DNA from: Octopus vulgaris
Lineage: Eukaryota
DNA length: 64,000 bases
Assembly: GCA_951406725.2 (NCBI GenBank)
Contig: OX597817.1
Location: forward strand, 135,098,001-135,162,000
Reading direction: 5' to 3'
The notes beneath the pieces were generated by a model, which was not told where the DNA came from, ran no database searches, and worked only from the letters and a program-made list of their open reading frames with translations. Each line of letters begins with the position of its first letter. Positions within the stretch are counted from its first letter, which is position 1. A program made the position numbers and the translations under genes. Below are positions 28,017 through 41,079 of this stretch, one piece after another.

Positions 28017-28313
28017 GGAGGCGCAATGGCCTAGTGGCGCAGACTCGCGGTCGCAGGATCGTTGTTTCGATTCCCAGACCGGGCGTTGTGAGTGTTTATT
28101 GAGCGAAAACACCTAAAAGCTCCACGAGGCTCCGGCAGGGGGTGGTGATCCCTGCAGTACTCTTTCACCACTCTTTCTCCCACTCTTTCTTCTGTCGGCC
28201 TGCTCGCTTAGCCAGCGGGGTGGCGTCATTCGAAGGCTAAAACAATGCGAACGCATTGTGACCAGCGATGTGTAACTACATCTGATGGTCTGGTCGGTCA
28301 CGTGGTCACGTGA
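28017..28313 (+). mobile_element. tRNA-derived SINE family C, tail type 1
   Basis: GGAGGCGCAATGGCCTAGTGG (A box)...GTTTCGATTCC (B box); head shared with 33343-33450 and 39360-39745. Confidence 0.85.
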
Positions 28314-28324
28314 TATATACATAT

Positions 28325-28467
28325 ATACGACGGGCTTCTTTCAGTTTCCGTCTCCCAAATCCACTCACAAGGCTTTGGTCGGCCCGAGCTATAGTAGAAG
28401 GCACTTGCCCAAGGTACCACGCAGTAGGACTGAACCAAGCTACTTACCACACAGCCACTCCTGCGCC

Positions 28468-28468
<1 letters not shown>
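28325..28468 (-). mobile_element. SINE family B, internally deleted
   Basis: Homology to 53413-53575. Confidence 0.85.
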
Positions 28469-28527
<59 letters not shown>

Positions 28528-28578
28528 TAGGAAGTTTGAAAACGCCACTATATAAGATAAATTTTCATTTTCTTAGAA

Positions 28579-28627
28579 ATTTTACATGTTTCGGTTCTTC
28601 TTGAAAAAACGAACCTTATCAAAAATA
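28579..28627 (-). ncRNA. Decayed minimal hammerhead motif
   Basis: ATTT-TTGATAA-GGTTC...GAACC-GAAAC AT GTA-AAAT; perfect 5-bp stem II, palindrome ACATGT, GUA triplet; core is two transitions from CTGATGA. Confidence 0.55.
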
Positions 28628-28639
28628 CTCCCAACTCAC

Positions 28640-29464
28640 GCAGGGGCAAACCTACTAATTATCTACAACAATTCTTTTAAAAGTGGGCGCAACCGCTCCC
28701 TAGAAGGCAGTGGAAAATTTTATATGGTAACTATATAGGAGGAGAACGGTAGCAGGGGATATGATGTTGTGTGATTTAATTGTCCTAATTTTTAAAATAA
28801 TTTCAATCTATGTTCTCGATGCAAATAAGGGTATCTCAGAGATACTACGATGCTTGAAATAGTAGTCAAAACCTGACTCTAAAACCACATCAAATATTCA
28901 ATACAGCACAAGTTGAAAAGACAAATGGCAAATGAACTAGTAAAAATTGGATAATTCCAGACCCAAGGTAACGATCTTATCCTTATATATACATATATAT
29001 TATAATATATATATAATATAGAATGTCAAAGCAACATTTCGATTTGTAACATTACTTTCTACTATAGGCTGAAGGCCTGAAATATTGAGGTGGGGGTGTT
29101 ACTCGATTACATAGAACCCAGTGTTCAACTGGTACATATTTTACCGCTCCTGGAAAGATAACACGTAAAGTCGACCTCGGCAGAATTTAAACTCAGAACG
29201 TAAAGACCGACATGATGACGCTAAGCATTCTGCCTGTCGTGCTTTCAGTTCTGCCAGCTCGACGCCTTCCCCAGATGATTTGCACCGAGAACATAGATTG
29301 AAATTATTTTAGAAATTAGAGCAATTAAATCACACAACATCATATGTCCTCCTACCGTTCCCCTCCTGTCTAGTAACCATATAAAATTTTCCACTGCCTT
29401 CTAGAGAGCGGTTGCGCCCACTTTTAAAAGAATTGTTGTAGACAATTAGTAGTTGTGCCACTGC
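28640..29464. repeat. ~187-bp inverted repeat (28640-28826 / 29278-29464) with a SINE A in the spacer
   Basis: CTACTAATTATCTACAACAATTCTTTTAAAAGTGGGCGCAACCGCTC... recurs reverse-complemented with scattered mismatches. Confidence 0.9.
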
Positions 29465-29526
29465 TTCTAAACCAACAGTAATTTTCCGAAGTGTTAAAGA
29501 ATTCCTATTAATAAATACATGTATGC

Positions 29527-29830
29527 GAGGGTGCGTGACCTAGTAATTAGTGTGTTGCACTCACGGTCGTTAAATCATGGGTTCGATTCCTGGGCTGAGC
29601 TGCGCGTTGTGTCCTTGACCAAAATACTTCATTTCACGTTGTTGCAGTCCACTCAGCCGTAAATGGTTAAACCTGCAACTGACAAACTCTTCGATCAGGG
29701 AGAATGTTGACCTCACCAAGCCAGCGGGGGGGGGGCATTGTTCGAAAGCTAAAACGATGAAAAGTGCTCTGTGGCCAGCAAGACATAAAGATATAACAAC
29801 ATCCAGTAGTCTGGTCAGTACCGTGATGAC
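29527..29830 (+). mobile_element. Old tRNA-SINE with family C type-1 tail
   Basis: GGGTTCGATTCC B box, GTGTCCTTGACCAAAATACTT body, AGCCAGCGGGG...GCTAAAAC tail. Confidence 0.65.
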
Positions 29831-30169
29831 ATATTTATGTATAACATATCTGCATGCAAAGTATAGACGTCTATTATACGTACATGTATGAAATAAAAGT
29901 ATATAAATATGGTGAATGGGTATTTTAAGAAGTGAATAACCGGACGAAGAGTGGGGTGAACTGGCGAAAGAGAACATCAGGAAACTGCCACGTGGTATTG
30001 CTTTTGGTTCTTTACATTCTAAGTTCAAATCTCGCCGCGGTCAACTTTGCTTTCCGATCTTTCGGGTTCGAACATTTAATTACTAGCGTCGAAGATTTCA
30101 ATTATTCACCTAACCACTAAATTTCAGGTTTCGCACTTCATTCAGAAACAATCACCATATGAGTTTATA

Positions 30170-30388
30170 CGAAGGGTTACTAAAAAGTTCCTGGCTTTAA
30201 CGGTGTCGCGAAAAGCTTGGCTTGAGGCCCAATCTTCCGAGTTCTTTTTTACAGGGCTTAGAAAAACTGAAGGACCTCTGCAATAAGTGTGTGAATCTGA
30301 GAGGGGAATCTGTTGAATAAAATCGTAATTAACTGATCCTTCTGCATTTTCACTTAATCAAAGCCAGAAACTTTTCAGCACCCACTCG
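30170..30388 (+). mobile_element. Mariner-derived MITE
   Basis: ~29-bp imperfect TIRs (CGAAGGGTTACTAAAAAGTTCCTGGCTTT / AAAGCCAGAAACTTTTCAGCACCCACTCG) in TA context; internal GLEKLKDLCNKCVNLRGESVE* resembles a mariner transposase C-terminus. Confidence 0.8.
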
Positions 30389-30435
30389 TTATATATATAA
30401 TACGCGTGGCTTTGCGGTTGGGGTGCTGCACTCAC

Positions 30436-30861
30436 GTTCTGCACCATCACACAAGGCTCTAATGACACAATAATGGATGGCCGACAATGTTCATGATCAC
30501 ATCACCCCCAACATTTGGCCTCCTAATTCTCCTGATCTCAGTCTACTGGAGTACTATATATTGAATATCGTTGAGAAAAATGTCAATGAACCCCCCTATA
30601 GCACTGAAGATTCTTTCAAAGCCGCCATAGTTCGAGTCATGTCCGATATGAACACAGACCACTTAATCCGAACTTGTAAACGATTTCGAACCCGCGTAGA
30701 GGCAGCTGTTGATGCTTATGGTGGTTTTCTTGAATGAAATTATTAAACTGATAATTTAGCTTTATGTTTATGTTATTTTTATAAAATTACAGTTTTTTCT
30801 GTTATGATATAAGCGTTTTTTAAAAACTATTTATCTGTCCTCAAATACCGTCCGCACCCTG
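30436..30861 (+). mobile_element. Tc1/mariner transposase 3' fragment (DD37D/maT-like) with right TIR
   Basis: APSHKA..TQ*WM...WPPNSPDLSLLEYY...RFRTRVEAAVDAYGGFLE*; ends ...CCGTCCGCACCCTG|TA. Confidence 0.88.
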
Positions 30862-31074
30862 TACATACATACATGCGTACATACAGTCAGGTAGACAGAC
30901 AGATGGACAGGAGGACAGACAGACAGATAAACACACAGTCAAACAGACAGACGGCAGACAGGCAGGCAGCCAGGCAGATAGACAGACAATCAGACAGACT
31001 GAATAATTGTTCTTAAAATTAGTTATGTGAGTTTACGTTTGTCAAAGAAATATAGAAAATTTAAGTAGAAATTT

Positions 31075-31290
31075 AATGTGGTAAGTAGCTTGTTTACCAA
31101 CCGCACGATTCCGGGTTCAGTCCCACTGCATGGCACCTTGGACAAGTGTCTTTTACTATAGCCTCGGGCCGACCAAAGCTTACAAAAGAATATGTCCCGG
31201 AGTCGAGTTGCTCGATTAAAGGCGGTGCTCCAGCATGGCCGCAGTCAAATGACTGAAACAAGTAAAAGAGTAAAAGAGAGTAAAGAGTTG
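31075..31290 (+). mobile_element. SINE family B, head joined to CR1-like tail
   Basis: GTGGTAAGTAGCTTG...GGCACCTTGGACAAG...CCAGCATGGCCGCAGTCAAATGACTGAAACAAG(TAAAAGAG)n. Confidence 0.9.
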
Positions 31291-31699
31291 AAAACTTAGA
31301 TAAATATGATTATGTATTTTTATTATAACGTAATGTGTCCTTTCGGGTCAGTAACACTGCAATGACACCTGTATTAATGTACTAATACTACATTAACTCT
31401 GTGAGTTACGACAGACCGAGCCACTTCCACTCAAACAACCATACTTCACATTTAAGGACCATTTTTATTGTAAAATAATCTCCAAAACAATATGCTGTAT
31501 CACAGATTTATGAATATATATAGGAAGATATTAATTTCTTCAAGCCTTTTTTATCCTCGTAACTACTATTTACTTTCGATTTGTTAAGAAAAATGTCACA
31601 GTACAATACACATGCTACTGAATATTCAATAGCAACACCATTAACATCTATTTTTCCACAACTAGTAACTTTTCCTAAAACTTAGCGTTTTCAAACCTC

Positions 31700-32400
31700 T
31701 CTAAACTGATACTAACACTACCTGAAATTTCATAATTTTGAACATATACCCCTCTTCAATTCAATTTCCTAGCAAAAAATAAATCAATGTTCACTAAAGA
31801 AATATTTAAAGTCGACATAGGCCTTACCTCCAACTTTTTTTAAATAGATTCTATTCAACAAAGCTAAAGTTCTAAAACACCTTTAGAAGAAAGTGCACCG
31901 CATTCTAATGCCTCACTACATGAGATATATTTTATGAAAGATACCCTTATACTGGAAAATACAAACCATATAACGTTGGTACAGTCGAAAATATGAAAAC
32001 AAAAATAGCACAAGATCTTCACTTCACCGCCTTCAAAAGTTCATACAGAACTGCTTCACGCATACACAAAACTATAAATTCTTTTAGATAATAGAGACCA
32101 TCACCATAAATCCAAGGATAAATTAAAACTCCTGTATTAATTTATAAATTTAAACTTGTGTACTAATCCCGTCTCCCTAAAGATCTAGGCTATCTCTGTG
32201 AAAACACTCCCGTGAGTTGAAATATTTCTACTCTTATGTTTTAATTGTACAAACTTTCTACCTTACTCTCACGACAATAACTAGTTACTATATTGATATA
32301 CCCGTATAATTGCGTGGACAAATATACTATTGTATTCACTCAATTTGATATTTAACACACCCATCTGAGTACAAATATGTAAACATACATTTGAGTCTGT
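31700..32400 (+). mobile_element. Very decayed Penelope-like RT-thumb/GIY-YIG region
   Basis: Scattered peptides PYTGK and SKDKLKLLY / IYKFKL resemble the LPY.G...KDK...VIYKF.C linker; many stops. Confidence 0.35.
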
Positions 32401-33167
32401 AAATGTATAATATTCAGTTTGTAGGCAGCCGCTTCTATGTACCATCCTAGTAATACATAATGTTAATTTTTATTATTTTTATATTAATTATCTAATCTTT
32501 CTATTCTGTTTTTCTCTTGTTTTTTTTTTTATTTTAAATTTCTATTCAATTTATTATTTTTTTTTTATATGTTCTTCTTTCAATATTTACAAATTGGTAT
32601 GAACTTGTAATTTTGTACATTGGTGCGTGAACGGACTGCAAATAAGAACAAAGTTGTTATATGTATTTAATGATCGCCAAATAGACAGAGGGACACAGGT
32701 ATTTGCGTTTGCCTATGTATTTCAATGTATTTGCCTGTGTATGTATGCATATACATATGTATGTGAAGATATATATTCTTTTATGAATGAAGGTGTATAC
32801 ATGTACGCTTGTGTGTATGTATCTCTATAAAGCAATATGTATGTATATATATATATGTATATATATATATATGTATATATGTGTGTATATATTTATGTAT
32901 ATTAAATCTATTTATAAATATATATATATATATACATCTATGTAGATCTGTGTGTGTGTATACATAGACATACACAAACACATATACATAGATGTGTACA
33001 ATTGTGTAAGGGTACATGTGTGCATATATGTGTATGCATGTGCACATGCATGAGAATGTAAATTATGCCTATGTGCATCCGCATGCATACGATTACATGT
33101 ACATGCGCGGGTTTGGGTCGCTAATGTGTGTGTGTATATATATATATAAATATATGGGTGCACACAC

Positions 33168-33233
<66 letters not shown>

Positions 33234-33342
33234 TATACATATATATACATACATATATAATATATATATGTATGTATATATGTATATATAGACAGATATA
33301 TATATATATATATATTATATATGTATATATTATATATATATA

Positions 33343-33460
33343 TGGAGGGTGCAATGGCCCAGTGGTTAGGGCAGCGGACTCGCGGTTTCGATTCCCAGAC
33401 CGTGAGTTTTTATTGAGCGAAAGTACCTAAGGCTCCACGAGGTTCCGGCACTCCTGCGCC
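33343..33460 (+). mobile_element. SINE family C head, truncated
   Basis: GGAGGGTGCAATGGCCCAGTGGTTAGGGCAGCGGACTCGCGG. Confidence 0.85.
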
Positions 33461-33469
33461 TATATATAT

Positions 33470-33840
33470 ATATATTTGCTTGTTATCAGTCGTAAGACAC
33501 TGTTGTTTTCACCGTTAATGCTTCTGTATTTCATGTTTCTGTTTTCCATTATTGTTTTTTGTTTTTTTATATCTGTCCCTTTTGCTGTCCTGGTGTTCGT
33601 ATGCATTCGATCCTTCTTCCAGGAAATCTACGCTTCCAGCTTAGTTTTTCTAATGCTCGTTGCTTGGTTTTTCTTGGAGGGCTGGCCGTGATCTAGTAAT
33701 CTCAAGATTAATCAGCCGAAATTACTACGATGATCCGGTTCTTGACTGAAGACTGAGGGTTTCGAATGTCCTGTCCGTGTTTATTGTGTCGTCTTCTAAG
33801 AGTTATACGTTCTTGTCCATGTTGTATTTTTCTACATACC

Positions 33841-33843
<3 letters not shown>
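33470..33843 (+). mobile_element. Copy of the 1390-2075 repeat family, ending on (TA)n
   Basis: AATCTCAAGATTAATCAGCCGAAATT...GATGATCCGGTTCTTGACTGA is shared with 1534-1592(-). Confidence 0.7.
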
Positions 33844-33898
<55 letters not shown>

Positions 33899-34543
33899 AA
33901 GTGTGCCTATCTATTGGTACAGACATATATTATATATATATATAAATATATATATACATATGCGTGTGTGTGTGCGCGCGTGTGCAAATATGAGTCTACA
34001 TGGGCATAAGCGTGTGTATGTGAAAGTTTGTATGTATGTATGTTAGTGTGAAGTGAATATGTTGGATGAAAGACATCCTCCCCTCTTTCGAGCAAAAACA
34101 ATGTCAACTCTTAACTCTTCACACCACATCGTTATCCGCAAAATTCTTCGCACTTAGCACCTGCTCAAGACCAATATTCCCTCCATTATCGTGCCTCCAA
34201 TCACAGCCACTCTACCAATACAATCAATCTAAGCTGTAGTTCCTTCTTCTCTTCATCAAATCTCCTCCCTCTTGGTCCCTCCCTTCTCCCTTCCGCCTCT
34301 CTCCTTCCTTTATCCTCCATCTTATATTATTTCAATACAATATTTATTCAGACTCCAAATTGATTTCGCTATTGGCTTTCTAAAAACTATAACAATAATG
34401 TTTGAAACGGAATTGTAACTGTGTAAGACAGTCATTAATATACAAACGTATTTAACTCTATTTCCTGATGTATTGAGCACATTATTTAATGTTGAAACTT
34501 TGCCATACGAACAAACACAGTACTGTGTGTGTTGTATGAAAGC

Positions 34544-34611
<68 letters not shown>

Positions 34612-34661
34612 TGTATAAATATACGTATATATACATACATATATTTACGTAAATCTATTTG

Positions 34662-34721
<60 letters not shown>

Positions 34722-34916
34722 TAAATGTATGCGTGTATCTGCTTATTGCTTGATTGATGTATTCATATATCAATATATCAGTATATAAAGAGAGATAGAT
34801 CAATTTATATGCATATATATGTGTGTTTGTGTGTTTGTTTGTGTGTATGTGTCTGTATACATACGTATACATAGGCACATCAAACACGTTCATACATATA
34901 TAATTACATATATTTA

Positions 34917-34956
<40 letters not shown>

Positions 34957-34976
34957 GGTATATATATATATATATC

Positions 34977-35036
<60 letters not shown>

Positions 35037-35066
35037 ATATACATATGTATATATATATATACACAG

Positions 35067-35174
<108 letters not shown>

Positions 35175-36251
35175 AAGACGAACGTCAATTTTCTGATTCT
35201 ATTGTGTTGGGAAATTACATCTACTCTGGCTAAAACCAGCTAAATTTTGATTGATTACATAAAACTCTTTATTCTTCTTTTGTTTACACAAATCATTGTG
35301 TCCCCGACTATGACAGAGTATATATAAATATATACGGCTATATCATATACATTACAATAAAACACACATCAATATAAAGACCGATATATATACTCATATA
35401 TATATCACATACAGGGGTGGTGTGTTTGAGTAGACAGGCTAGAGGCTTTCTAAGCTAAGAATTATTACTCTTCCTTATTAATATAGAGGTGAATAACATC
35501 ACCCATGGTCATACTTCCCGCAAAGTGTCTTCATATGGAAACAGCTGAGGGCAGAGCACGGCGCTAAAATGGTTGTCTGACTAAATCTACCACGGAAACT
35601 GTACAGAAGCCTGTCGGGTGTGGTTATGACAAATTTGACAGATTCTCTTCAGTTTCAGTCCACCAAATTTTATTGAGAGGGATTTAGTGGACTTTAACTG
35701 AAGACATGCTTGCTAAATGCCTCATAGTTTCGAAACAGACTTATCAACCACGCGCGCGCATGCGATGAAAGGTGATGGCTTTTTAAACTGAAACCTTTAA
35801 ATATTTTACTGAATTCAGTCATTAGGCTGCCCAAGGCTGGAGCACAAACCTCAAGGCTATGATTGATCATATGAAACCTTGTACTTCTTTCCGATTGGTT
35901 GCTAATCTCTATTTACCGATCAGCTGTGTTATGGTTTTTAACAATCACAGACAATGCTTTTGAAGCAATACCTGATTTCAGTTTATAGAGATGCCCACAC
36001 GAACACACGTATACTTTACACACGCACATATGTGTGTACATACATACAAACATACATACATACATATATATGTGTGTGTGTGTGCGCGCGCGTGCGCGAC
36101 CGTTTGTGTGTGTGCGCGCGTGCGCGCGTTTGTGTGTGTGTGTAATATCTATTACATATTAAACACGATTATGAAACAACTGTAAACGACTGAAATACTA
36201 ACGTACTCTATCATCTCAATTCGCTTATCTGTTGCATTTATAGATGGATAC

Positions 36252-36469
<218 letters not shown>

Positions 36470-36559
36470 GTAGAAGTATTCTTTTAGATATGGAGTAATG
36501 GTGTATAAATAATCATAAAACAAGAGAACGGTATGAACCATTTAGAAAGAAGGTTTCGC

Positions 36560-37085
36560 AGTGAATGTGAATTGCTTTCACAGTTTATAAGTTTTCAGAC
36601 ACACATTATGGGGTGATCCGAATAGAGGAAGTTATTTTTAGTAGCATTGTTGACTATTTCCGTTTTAGTTTCGAATTTAGAATTCTTATAAAATAGTATT
36701 CTTCTATTGTTTTTCGTTATTGATCATTTTCCATTTATACAGACGTCTAGATGTCCAAAGAGATGACTCTTGGCTTTTTTTGGTTATGTATCTTAACCCG
36801 GTGTATTAATTTTGGAGTTTAGCCGATAATTCTCATTGCATTGTAATACAGTGAATAAAATGTCGTTTGCCTATCATATTAGCATTCACCTTCAATTCTT
36901 TTCCATTCTCGAATCTCTTGGTTCTTCCCTGCTTGATATTTCTCACGTCCCACAACGAGATTCTTTGCAGTTTGTCAATTGTGTTGCTTCTTCTTCAAAT
37001 GTGAATTTCGCGTTTGTGAAGAGTCTTTTGAAATTTGATGGTTGTCCTCGGCTCTTGATAATTTGTGATCCTTTAATCATTTTTC
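36560..37085 (-). mobile_element. Penelope-like element (Neptune-type) 3' fragment: Cys linker, GIY-YIG, decayed hammerhead
   Basis: IIKSRGQPSNFKRLFTNAKF...NCKESRCGT* then FENGKELKVNANM...FIHCI...HRVKIH (frameshifted); AATGTGTGT-CTGAAAA...GAAAGCAAT-TC-ACATT at 36564-36607. Confidence 0.75.
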
Positions 37086-37328
37086 TGGGCTATGATGAGT
37101 GATGAACAATTGGAAAGTATCGTTAGGCCGAATGTATGATGTGGTCTCTAGAATTGTGCGCGACTATAAACGGAATTCTTATAATAATTTTTTTCGTCTT
37201 CACCCTCATTATGAGAGTTTCTCCGTAAGGCAGAGATTGGGAAATCTGTGCAGAGTTTAGTACACGGTGGCTCATGACTTGTACTCATGCACTAATACAG
37301 TAACATCTTCAGAGATTCTTAACAGTAA

Positions 37329-37991
37329 GGAGGTTTCGCTGCACTTTGCGTTTTCCTGCAGCTTGACTATTTGGTGGAGCTGCAACGCTGGGTGCAGGTA
37401 AGACGAAAATTGCGCATATGGCATCTGGAACGTTACCAGAAGTTTACAGCTCTCTTTCAGTCGAACAAACCATCCGCTTGCACACCACTGTTTGCATTCA
37501 GGGATTAATTGAATAATCTATTCCGAAGGGACATTGGACAGTATACTAAGCGCCTTGATCTAACAGAACTGAAGATGGGAGATATTGCTATATTTGAAAA
37601 AAATCCTACGGCCTCGCTAACGACATTTAGATGCGTGTTGAGCGACAAAATTTTGTCTGTGAAATTGATCAGTGTCGCAGCATTAGTGTCGTGTGGAATT
37701 GCGTTGAACAACGTGTCCGGCTGCAGCCAAGAATTGACTAACCGCATTCTTTTGGCCGAGAAGGGCAAACGGTTTTCCTCTGCTTTCGTAGAAATGATGT
37801 TAGCAATGGAGAAAGAGACTGCATGAGGGATAATATCAAAACCACCGAAGACAAGATGTATGTATTTCTTCAACCAAAATCGTAATCTCGTTAAGTTCCA
37901 CTTGAGGACAAAGGTATTACACTCCAGAAAAATTAATGAGGATGAGATGGTGGAAATACTCTGCCTGGAGGGACCTATAGTCATCAAGTAA
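37329..37991 (+). pseudogene. Decayed 220-codon reading frame of unknown origin
   Basis: One frame is open from 37329 to 37988 except TAA 37506 and TGA 37824; complex, non-repetitive peptide; the antisense frame is also open (37505-37987). Confidence 0.5.
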
Positions 37992-38279
37992 GTTGCAAAG
38001 GTTCACTGGCCCTTGAAAATCAAAGTCATTTTAAATCGGAATCACTGATTGGCTTTTATCTAATTGGCATTATCATTAGTAATACGATCATAATTGTTAT
38101 TATTATGAGATTTTATTCTTCTTTCAATTTTCTTTTCATTTCTTGTCGGGTGTCTTCTCGACTCCTAGGGCAAAAACACTCACTGTATACATTGATTCGC
38201 TATTACACTAAACACACCAAATTATTAATTTTCAAAATGCAATGAAGTTATCTGAAATAAAAAAATAAAAAAATTATAA

Positions 38280-38330
38280 TTATTGTTGTTGTTGTTGTTG
38301 TTGTTACATCTACTATTACTGCTGCTGGTG

Positions 38331-38375
<45 letters not shown>

Positions 38376-38400
38376 ATACAGTGATCAGTATTATTGTTGC
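38280..38400. repeat. (TTG)n/(CTA)n microsatellites
   Basis: Directly visible. Confidence 0.9.
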
Positions 38401-38502
38401 TACCATGCTTATTACAGTTATCGAGTGAATTTGCTAAATCCGCTTCAACAAACTTCCTCAACTTACAAACCTTACGTTAATTAAATTGTTTCGTTATTGA
38501 TT

Positions 38503-39045
38503 ATTAGCGATGAAAGCGGTATTAAAACCGAAAGGTAATCTTTACGTCCATCTTAACATAGACGCCTCATAAGAGCACCGAATGCTGTGTTATTGGCCTT
38601 GAGAGATTTTCTTCTGCAAGCGCTGGCTGCATAAAAGCACACACACAGATCATAGCAGACGAAATTCATCTGTTACTGGCTCCGGGATTCCCAAGGCATC
38701 CATGTTAAGTTGGACATAAAGATTAGCTTTTCGTATGAATACTGCTTTCATCGCTAATCATTAATTCTTAATAGGCCTACTGGCCATTTGCAACACCAGT
38801 GTCTAAAACGATGCTCAAATTCTATATATTGTAGACGCGAGATTCTACTAGTATGCGGCAACCGGTGCTTCCCACTGATGAAGTTCAGTAGACTGAAATC
38901 ACGTGATATGGAAATTCCATGACAGGCGATTCTCGCCTGTTTCGATCTATGTGTTAGCTTTTATGCCCCCAGGCGCTTATATGAGAGGACCCCTCAAAAC
39001 TAATAACGCCGTATTCGGTGTTCTAGCAAGGCATCCATGTCAAGT
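38503..39045. mobile_element. Inverted/partial-tandem repeat unit carrying a hammerhead (PLE-like pLTR arrangement)
   Basis: 38503-38567 is the diverged reverse complement of 38694-38758; a third partial copy lies at ~38995-39045. Confidence 0.7.
38869..38914 (+). ncRNA. Type I hammerhead ribozyme with intact core
   Basis: TTCCCA-CTGATGA-AGTT CAGTA GACT-GAAA-TCACGTGA-TA-TGGAAA; stem III palindrome ATCACGTGAT, AUA triplet, predicted cut after 38908. Confidence 0.78.
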
Positions 39046-39359
39046 TATTTTATTGTTGTTTATGTGTATTTATTTTTTAGTTTTTAATTTATTCTCTTAA
39101 TTTATTTTTTACTTTTTTATCTTAATTTACCTTAATCATATTACATTTATTTCAATTTTCAATATTTAACATTTATCTATAATTTTGAAATAGAATATCT
39201 TCCTTAGTAAATAATACATCCTTTACTTTCCGTTAGAATTCTCATGAAATGATCCTGTTTTCTTCTATTCATAATGTATATTTAGAATTAATACCGATCA
39301 AATGATATTTCTATTGTGGCCTAAATAATTATCAGCTGAATTATAGTCACCTCAATATG

Positions 39360-39745
39360 GATGGAAGCACTCCGCCGGTTACGACGACGAGGGTTCCGGT
39401 TGATCCGAATCAACGGAACAGCCTGCTCGTGAAATTAACGTGTAAGTGGCTGAGCACTCCACAGACACGTGTACCCTTAACGTAGTTCTCGGGGATATTC
39501 AGCGTGACACAGAGAGTGACAAGGCCGGCCCTTTGAAATACAGGTACAACAGAAACAGGAAGTAAGAGTGAGAGAAAGTTGTGGTGAAAAAGTACAGCAG
39601 GGATCACTACCATCCCCTGCCGGAGCCTCGTGGAGCTTTAGGTGTTTTCGCTCAATAAACACTCACAACGCCCGGTCTGGGAATCGAAACCGCGATCCTA
39701 CGACCGCGAGTCCGCTGCCCTAACCACTGGGCCATTGCGCCTCCA
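39360..39745 (-). mobile_element. tRNA-derived SINE family C, full length, tail type 2
   Basis: GGAGGCGCAATGGCCCAGTGGTTAGGGCAGCGGACTCGCGGTCGTAGGATCGCGGTTTCGATTCCCAG head; CpG-rich and apparently young. Confidence 0.9.
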
Positions 39746-39811
39746 CAACACCTCAATATAACTCCTGTGTATTTGAATTGGTCAGTAATAATTTAAACGG
39801 GGTAGAAACAA

Positions 39812-40020
39812 GGCGCCGAGCTGGTAGAATCATTAGCACGTGATTAAAATGCTTAGTGGCATTTTGTCCGTCTTCATGTTCTGAGTTCAAATTCCGCCGA
39901 GGTCCACTTTGCCTTGCATCCTTTCGGAGTCGATGAACTAAGTACCAGTTGAACAGCGGCGTCGATGTAATGGACCTGCTCATCTCCCGAAATTGCTGGC
40001 TTTTTGCCTAAAATTTGAAA
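39812..40020 (+). mobile_element. SINE family A
   Basis: Homology to 9586-9817. Confidence 0.85.
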
Positions 40021-40450
40021 CCAATATTTTATAAGAGGTAGGAATTTTGTCATAAACGTTCTTCAAACTGGTAACTGGGATTACTAAAACTAAGTATCAT
40101 ATATTTTTGGCACAATCTGATAAAATTAGTATTTCTAAGTAGAACTGCGGAAATATTTTATATAGGCCAAGCATTGTTAGTTTTACTACTGTCTACCGCC
40201 CTTAAAACCTCCTCCATTCTGTGCAGTATGGTATAGTTTTGATAAGAATAGAACGTTGTTAAATTTCTCTATCTCCGAAGAATCTTAGTCGATCGAGTAT
40301 GAGATCGATTAATAAGCATGATTACTGAATCACAAAATTTTGAAATGCCAAACAATCTGAAACGCGCATAACGGAATTGAAGAATACGCAATTCTCCATT
40401 CTTTGCTTTGCTTTTTCGTATATATGTACACACACACACACATAGAGTTA

Positions 40451-40542
<92 letters not shown>

Positions 40543-40795
40543 AATTATATTAGAGATAAAACCACTATTAGGCAAATCAAACAGGGAAAAACATAAACCA
40601 ATACATAAAAATAAATATAATTAATATAATATACAAACTATATAATATATAAAATTTAAAATTTAAATTATTTATATTTATAAATTTTTATATTTATATA
40701 TATATATATATATATTATATTTATATATATATATATATATATTTAATATATATAACTATCAAAAAGTATTAAAAAGTTTAATATAAGAAAATAAG

Positions 40796-40836
<41 letters not shown>

Positions 40837-41016
40837 CGTAAGTTGGTAGTCCTGCGTTGGACCATGTTGCTACCTTTTAATCCCAGGAAAACATCTTTTC
40901 CAGCTGGTTTTGCTGTAGGTTTTATTAAGAAGTATATTTACTGCTAAAGATTTCATTCAGTCATTTAAAACAAGCTGTTTTGCTCATTATATATATATAC
41001 ATACATACATATATAC

Positions 41017-41079
<63 letters not shown>

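Noticed and set aside
37362-37397. 36-nt micro-exon with strong AG/GT sites
   Set aside because: The supposed 63-nt intron is itself open in the same frame, so a continuous decayed ORF is the simpler reading; not excluded.
39670-39745. tRNA gene
   Set aside because: Has A/B boxes but continues into a SINE body, lacks a clean acceptor stem and T-run terminator, and recurs elsewhere.
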